Of a stretch of 39,229 nt of DNA, positions 33,809 through 39,229 are shown in pieces; positions within the stretch are counted from its first letter, which is position 1; each line of letters opens with the position of its first letter. This DNA is from Octopus bimaculoides. Taxonomy: Eukaryota. Location: assembly GCF_001194135.2 (NCBI RefSeq), contig NC_069008.1, forward strand, positions 8,000,219 to 8,039,447, read 5' to 3'. The notes under the pieces were generated by a model. The model was not told where the DNA came from, did not search any database, and was given only the letters and a program-made list of their open reading frames with translations. The translations under genes were made by a program, and so were the position numbers.

Positions 33809-34320
33809 GATTTCATTTATTTGCCACAAGAGCGAATTATAAGGTGGACAATAAAGGGAATGCCTCTAGGGATAATCAAGGACTCCCACTGTCCAAGATT
33901 TCCCTGAAACCCTATGAGCAAGTGCCCTCTGAAATTCCTTCTCTCCGACTCACAGATCTACACTTAGAGAGGTACCATCCACTCTTGCCATTTTCGCAAC
34001 TTTCACCCACCTTTCAATAAACTCACTTGAAGACAGCTCTCCTCTCTCAATTTCCTTTTCAAGTGAAACTTGAAAAAGTCAATGAGAGCTCTACCAAAGT
34101 GGATTGTATCTGTCCTCATGCCTTTCAGCCTTGTCCATCAAACAACCTCTTTCACCACAGCCATGAGGCAAAGGAAAACTGTCTTGCCTGTCTGATTGGA
34201 GGAGGGCAGTGGTGCAATCATCACTACAGACCCAGCTGACAGACGGATCCATTCCACACGTGACAGCACTGTTCAACATAACCCCACAAGTCAGCAATGC
34301 CTGACTTAGTCTAAAATAGG
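33809..34320 (-). mobile_element. Tx1-clade LINE 3' end
   Basis: Minus-strand peptide with frameshifts: ADLWGYVEQ...VFLCLMAVVKEVV.WTRLKG...LIDFFKFHLKRKL...SSEFIERWVKVAKMARVDG.; tail CTCTTGTGGCAAATAAATGAAAT into (ATT)n. Confidence 0.7.
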
Positions 34321-34986
34321 TCAAGGTTGAGGTTATTGTTTTTGTAAGGTTCTTTGCTCATTTTAATATTTGTGTGTCTTATGTTTTTGATTTTAAGTGT
34401 AATGCTTGTATTGACGGATTCATGTTTGGTTATATTTATTTTTTGGTTGGACTGCTCCTGATTTGTGTTATACATTGGGTAGGGTAGTTGTTTTCATTAA
34501 TCATGGTTATTAAATATTTTAATGTTTAGGTTATGTTATTTGATTTGTTATACCAAGCTCAATTGTTGCTGGGGTGTTGGCTATGTAGAATTATCCCTAT
34601 ATCTCTTAAATGTATTACTATGTTTGTGTAAACATCTTAGAGCTTGTTTGTGTCTTGTATTAATTAATGTGTGTTGTGATGTAAATATTTGGTAAAGTTC
34701 TTCTAAGCATAAGTCACATCTATATCCTCCTACTCAATAAGGCTTAGCAGTATTAATTAGTCCCCAATCAATACAATAACTATTGTTTCTGTCTCTAATT
34801 GACCAAATTAGTTTACTTAGGCTTGTATTCTTTATTTTTTTCCTACCCCTTAAAGAATTTAGATGACTGAAAAAAAAGAGAACTGGCCCCTATATAAAAG
34901 TATTCTCTTCTCTCTGAGGTAACTTAACATTTATAGACCAGGTTCTTAGTTTGACATCTTGAGTCCAACAGGCATACTTTATCTCT

Positions 34987-35340
34987 AGCACAGTTGCACA
35001 GTCCAGACCTTTTTGCTTATATCTATTATTTATTGTGTCACTGACTTCACTAGAAGTCTCTCCTATCCTTTCTTTCTCTGGTCTGGTATTATTTCTGAAT
35101 TCTCTATGGATATTTGTTTTGGTGCTGCTCTTTCCAGTGGTTCGTCCTTCTATTTCCATGCCAGTGAAAAGCAGAGAAATAGAAGGATAAACCACTAGAA
35201 AGAGCAGTACCAAAACAAATATCTATAGAAAATTCAGAGATGATACCAGACCAGAGGAAGAAAGAATAGGAGAGACTTCTAGTGAAGTCAGTGACACAAT
35301 AAATAATAGACATAGACAAAAAGGTCTCTGCACCTGTGCT
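34987..35340. repeat. Fold-back inverted repeat (~165-bp arms, 19-nt loop)
   Basis: 34987-35156 is the reverse complement of 35176-35340 with scattered substitutions; loop 35157-35175. Confidence 0.9.
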
Positions 35341-35350
35341 ATATATATAT

Positions 35351-35430
35351 AAATGTCTTACAGTTAAAATGTCTTACGGTTAAAATGTCTTACGGTTAAA
35401 ATGTCTTACGGTTAAAATGTCTTACGGTTA
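35351..35430 (+). repeat. 16-bp tandem repeat x5 (AAAATGTCTTACGGTT)
   Basis: Direct reading. Confidence 0.9.
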
Positions 35431-35444
35431 AGTTGGATCCTATG

Positions 35445-35536
35445 TATTTCCCTGAAGAGAAGATTACATCTTTATTGACATCACTTATTCCTTTGGAAGA
35501 AAGCATTTGTAATCTTCGAAACATATGTCGGAAATA
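35445..35536 (+). ncRNA. Intact minimal type I hammerhead ribozyme
   Basis: TATTTCC CTGAAGA GAAGATTACA..loop..TGTAATCTTC GAAA CATATG TC GGAAATA: perfect 7-bp stem I, 10-bp stem II, palindromic stem III, GUC site after 35529. Confidence 0.88.
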
Positions 35537-35577
35537 AAGGAATTCATTTAACATATGCGTATTACTCCATTTATTAA

Positions 35578-35595
<18 letters not shown>

Positions 35596-35618
<23 letters not shown>

Positions 35619-35932
35619 GTGGTATAAAAAATTTCCTGGGCTAGTTCTGTAGTGTACCAACAGATGGCAGCACACAGTTGCATGCACAGTGAGAGCTGGT
35701 GGGGACCTTCATGAAGCAGTATACTGAGTGACATCACTGTGTTTACTTCGCAAGTTGTGTATACTGTAGTCTGCGAATTTTGTCATGGACAGTCAGAACA
35801 AAGAGCCAATGTGAAATTTTGCATTAAACTCGAGAAATCTGCTACACAGGCATTGAGCATGGTTAAGAAACTTACAACAACGAGGCAATGGGCTGTACAC
35901 AATGTTTCAAGTGGCATGAATGCATGACAGAG
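35596..35932 (+). mobile_element. Mariner (irritans-like) 5' fragment
   Basis: Peptide SEQRANVKFCIKLEKSATQALSMVKK..NNEAMGCTQCFKWHE matches the HTH start of irritans-type transposases. Confidence 0.7.
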
Positions 35933-35934
35933 CT

Positions 35935-36720
35935 GCAAATCAATCAAGAGCATGTTCATGTGGGAAGATTAATGGAGGCATAACATCACCATCACTGGTG
36001 ATCACTCCAAACACCATGATGTTGACTGGATATTTGATTTTTATCACTCTCCATACATGTTTTGGGGACACGGTAAGCCAACGGTTGTTCTGTCTGTTCA
36101 CCATCTGATCCTGGCAGAAATTTCTTGACTGAGAAAAACCAAAGCATGTTCAGTTGGAGGAGATGCTTGAGTTTGTTCAAAAGCTTCATGGCATGGTCTT
36201 TCCTCTTGTCCTTGATGGCTTGGGATAAAAATTGGACATTTCCCATCTTGTATGAGGGATATTGAATGTCTTCATGCACTAACTTGCCTGATAATAAACT
36301 CAGACACCCCCATGTTTCTGGCGATGGACCTGATTGACTTGGAGGGATAATTGTCAATCATGGCCTGGATCTCACCAACAAATACAAGAGTTCTTTTATT
36401 ATCAGAATAATCAGAGTGAGTTTTCTGAGCTGCCGTACCTTCATAATCACCATTAGACCCAAATCCCCTGCACTGTCCTCAAATTGACGCCTAAACACTC
36501 TGAAATGTTCATATTGGAGCTTCCAGTGCAAATACCATGCAGTACAGTATGTCATTTCCAAATTTCTTGCGGAGTGAATTGCATCATGGTGCTATTTTTC
36601 TTATAGATGGTGGCCAACTAGCCCTACTATACTGTGTAGCCAACAAAATCATAAAACAATGAATGTGCACGCACTAAATTATAAATATAAAATGATGACA
36701 ATTTACCCATCACAGCCGAT
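35935..36720 (-). mobile_element. Decayed maT (DD37D-like) transposon, 5' two-thirds
   Basis: LVHEDIQYPSYKM...KLLNKLKH...MLWFFS....CQDQMVNRQNNRWL...YPVNIMVFGVITSDGDVMPPLIFPH; same family as 10736-11102. Confidence 0.82.
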
Positions 36721-36727
36721 ATATATA

Positions 36728-36758
<31 letters not shown>

Positions 36759-37171
36759 TTCTATATATATATANNNNNNNNNNNNNNNNNNNNNNNNNNN
36801 NNNNNNNNNNNNNNNNNNNNNNNNNNNNNNNNNNNNNNNNNNNNNNNNNNNNNNNNNNNNNNNNNNNNNNNNNNNNNNNNNNNNNNNNNNNNNNNNNNNN
36901 NNNNNNNNNNNNNNNNNNNNNNNNNNNNNNNNNNNNNNNNNNNNNNNNNNNNNNNNNNNNNNNNNNNNNNNNNNNNNNNNNNNNNNNNNNNNNNNNNNNN
37001 NNNNNNNNNNNNNNNNNNNNNNNNNNNNNNNNNNNNNNNNNNNNNNNNNNNNNNNNNNNNNNNNNNNNNNNNNNNNNNNNNNTATATATATATATATATA
37101 TATATATGATTGACCATTGACTGAACACTATTCAATTTTTTTTCTCCGTGTTTTTCTCCTTGTCTCCGTAT

Positions 37172-37208
37172 TCTTTCTGTTGAAGAGCGTAGCTCGAAAC
37201 GTCAAAGA
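37172..37208 (+). ncRNA. Ultra-minimal type I hammerhead-like motif with variant core
   Basis: TCTTT CTGTTGA A GAG CGTAG CTC GAAA CG TC AAAGA: 5-bp stem I, A6-to-U change, extra A after A9, 2-nt palindromic stem III. Confidence 0.5.
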
Positions 37209-37289
37209 CTTTCCGTATTCCCGAGCGTCATACTAATATATACTTTTGTTATTTACACCACCTGTCCTCGTCTGTTGTTATTATTTGTA

Positions 37290-37349
37290 TATTCTCCCAT
37301 ATATATATATATACATACATACATGCATACATACATGCATACATACATG

Positions 37350-37383
<34 letters not shown>

Positions 37384-37511
37384 TATACATATATATATTT
37401 ATGTATGTATGAGTCTGTCTGTATCTATCTGTACATATGTATATATGTATGTATTTGTGTGTGTGTATGTATGAAAAGCACATGGAAGTTCTTGTCAGTA
37501 AAGGCTGCAGA

Positions 37512-37559
<48 letters not shown>

Positions 37560-37638
37560 CATTTGAGCATGTATGCATATCTGTGTGAATGTGTCTATTT
37601 AATATGCATGTATATGTGTATGTGTATGTGTGTGTATG

Positions 37639-37676
<38 letters not shown>

Positions 37677-38014
37677 CCTGCGTGTGTGTGTGTGTGTGTG
37701 TGTGCGCGTGCCCGTGTGTATGCCCATGTGTGAACAGCACATAAGAAACCCTTGTGAGTGTAAAATTGCAGAATTGCATCCCAGCTGTGTCAAGATTTCT
37801 ATTTATAGTCAGCTCCATCTGGTGGAGGAGACTGCATCGCATCACTGACATGCGAGAAAGCTTAAGGAGTATAGGGCTTTTATTGTTATCAAAATAAATG
37901 AACATATAAAATAGAATCTTTTTTTATAATCGTCATCACCAGCACAACCGTCATCATTTTATTACTGTTGCTGCTGCTACTGCTACTACTGCAGCTGGTT
38001 TTTTCTTCTTATTA

Positions 38015-38112
<98 letters not shown>

Positions 38113-38251
38113 TAGTGGTATTGTTACTGCAGTGGATTGGCAAATCTTTGGATAGAATGCCTCATGGTATTTTGTTTCATTGAGACAAAACCTGCATGGC
38201 CTCACTCAGCCATATGTCAGTGCATATCTGTGTGTGTGTGTGTGTGTGTGT

Positions 38252-38289
<38 letters not shown>

Positions 38290-38423
38290 ATGAGCTGTAT
38301 TTGTTAATCTGTATATATATCTATCTGTCTCTCTTTATATATGTTTGTGTGTGTATGTGCATGTGTGTGTGTATGCGTGTGTGTGAATGTATGTGTGTAT
38401 GTATATATGTATGTATGTATGCA

Positions 38424-38450
<27 letters not shown>
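37290..38450. repeat. Compound microsatellite region (CATA, TG, TTA, TAG)
   Basis: Direct reading, with short unique spacers. Confidence 0.9.
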
Positions 38451-38454
<4 letters not shown>

Positions 38455-38611
38455 TTAAACGATGATGATGATGATGATGATATATATAATACATAAACTG
38501 TCTGAAAGATTGCTTTAAGATACATGGCATATTTTATAAATATGCCTGTTCAAGTATCATAATAGCATGAAACTATTAATAGTTCTTTCAGTTGTGTATT
38601 TAATTTGATAT

Positions 38612-38720
38612 ATCATCATCATCCTCATCATTTAACGTCCGTTTTCCATGCTGGCATGGGTTGGACGGTTTGACTGAGTTCTAGAGAGCCAGCGGCTGTA
38701 CCAGGTTCCAGTCTGATCCA
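38612..38720 (-). mobile_element. Family A 3' fragment (only minus-strand copy)
   Basis: Reverse complement ...CCAACCCATGCCAGCATGGAAAACGGACGTTAAATGATGA. Confidence 0.8.
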
Positions 38721-38765
38721 GCAATGTTTATATGTGTGTATATATACAGATATATATTTACACAT

Positions 38766-38799
<34 letters not shown>

Positions 38800-38811
38800 A
38801 TATATCATTGC

Positions 38812-38847
<36 letters not shown>

Positions 38848-38848
<1 letters not shown>

Positions 38849-39012
38849 AGCACAGGCGTGACTATGTGGTAAAATGTCTTTTTCCCAACTACACATCTCC
38901 AGGTTCAGTCCCACTACATGGCACCTTAGGCAAGTGCTTTCTATTGTAGCTGCTGGTCAACCAAAGCCTTGTAAATGGATTTAGAAGATGGAAATGGAAA
39001 GAAGCCTGTCAC
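38848..39012 (+). mobile_element. SINE family B 5' half
   Basis: CACAGGCGTGACTATGTGGTAA...GGTTCAGTCCC...GGCACCTTAGGCAAGTG. Confidence 0.75.
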
Positions 39013-39019
39013 ATATATA

Positions 39020-39090
39020 AAGATAGATAGAAAGAAAGATATATAGATAGATATATAGATAGATAGATATATAGATAGATATATAGATAG

Positions 39091-39140
<50 letters not shown>
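39020..39140. repeat. (GATA)n microsatellite
   Basis: Direct reading. Confidence 0.95.
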
Positions 39141-39141
<1 letters not shown>

Positions 39142-39229
39142 CTTTTCTTTTATTAGCCACACAGGGCTCAACAAAGATGGGACGAATACAATGTAGAACT
39201 TTTCTTTTTGGGAGGGGGCAGGAAAAAAA
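39141..39229 (-). mobile_element. Probable Tx1-type LINE 3' tail
   Basis: Reverse complement ...CTACATTGTATTCGTCCCATCTTTGTTGAGCCCTGTGTGGCTAATAAAAGAAAAG into (TATC)n; similar to the tails at 33809 and 7050. Confidence 0.5.

Noticed and set aside
3069-37135. Long ORFs containing X runs, and His/Thr, Val/Cys, Tyr/Ile or poly-Ser/Tyr/Leu ORFs
   Set aside because: They are produced by N-gaps and microsatellites and have no coding signal.
37740-37900. Possible small exon in unique sequence between microsatellites
   Set aside because: No recognisable peptide and no convincing pair of splice sites.

Overview
No host protein-coding gene is supportable in this window. It is AT-rich, microsatellite-laden, gap-containing intergenic or intronic animal DNA. 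The SINE families and repeat landscape look like Octopus, which is an inference from recalled repeat families. It contains: about 35 SINE-like copies of at least 5 families; decayed Tc1/mariner elements (one full-length DD34D mariner, a second near-complete one, maT/DD37D-like and rosa/DD41D-like fragments); a probable hATm remnant; two MITEs; and fragments of RTE, Tx1, R4/Dong-type and Penelope-like retroelements. Most listed ORFs are artefacts of N-gaps, microsatellites or SINE copies. The most interesting signal is non-coding: at least five sequence-unrelated families of minimal type I hammerhead ribozymes with self-complementary (dimer-type) stem III, at about 9472, 12762/14842/15164, 24565/24644, 35445 and 37172. 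Two of these families sit at the apex of long fold-back inverted duplications. Several other fold-backs are present, and a (TAA)n hot spot has collected stacked retroelement insertions.
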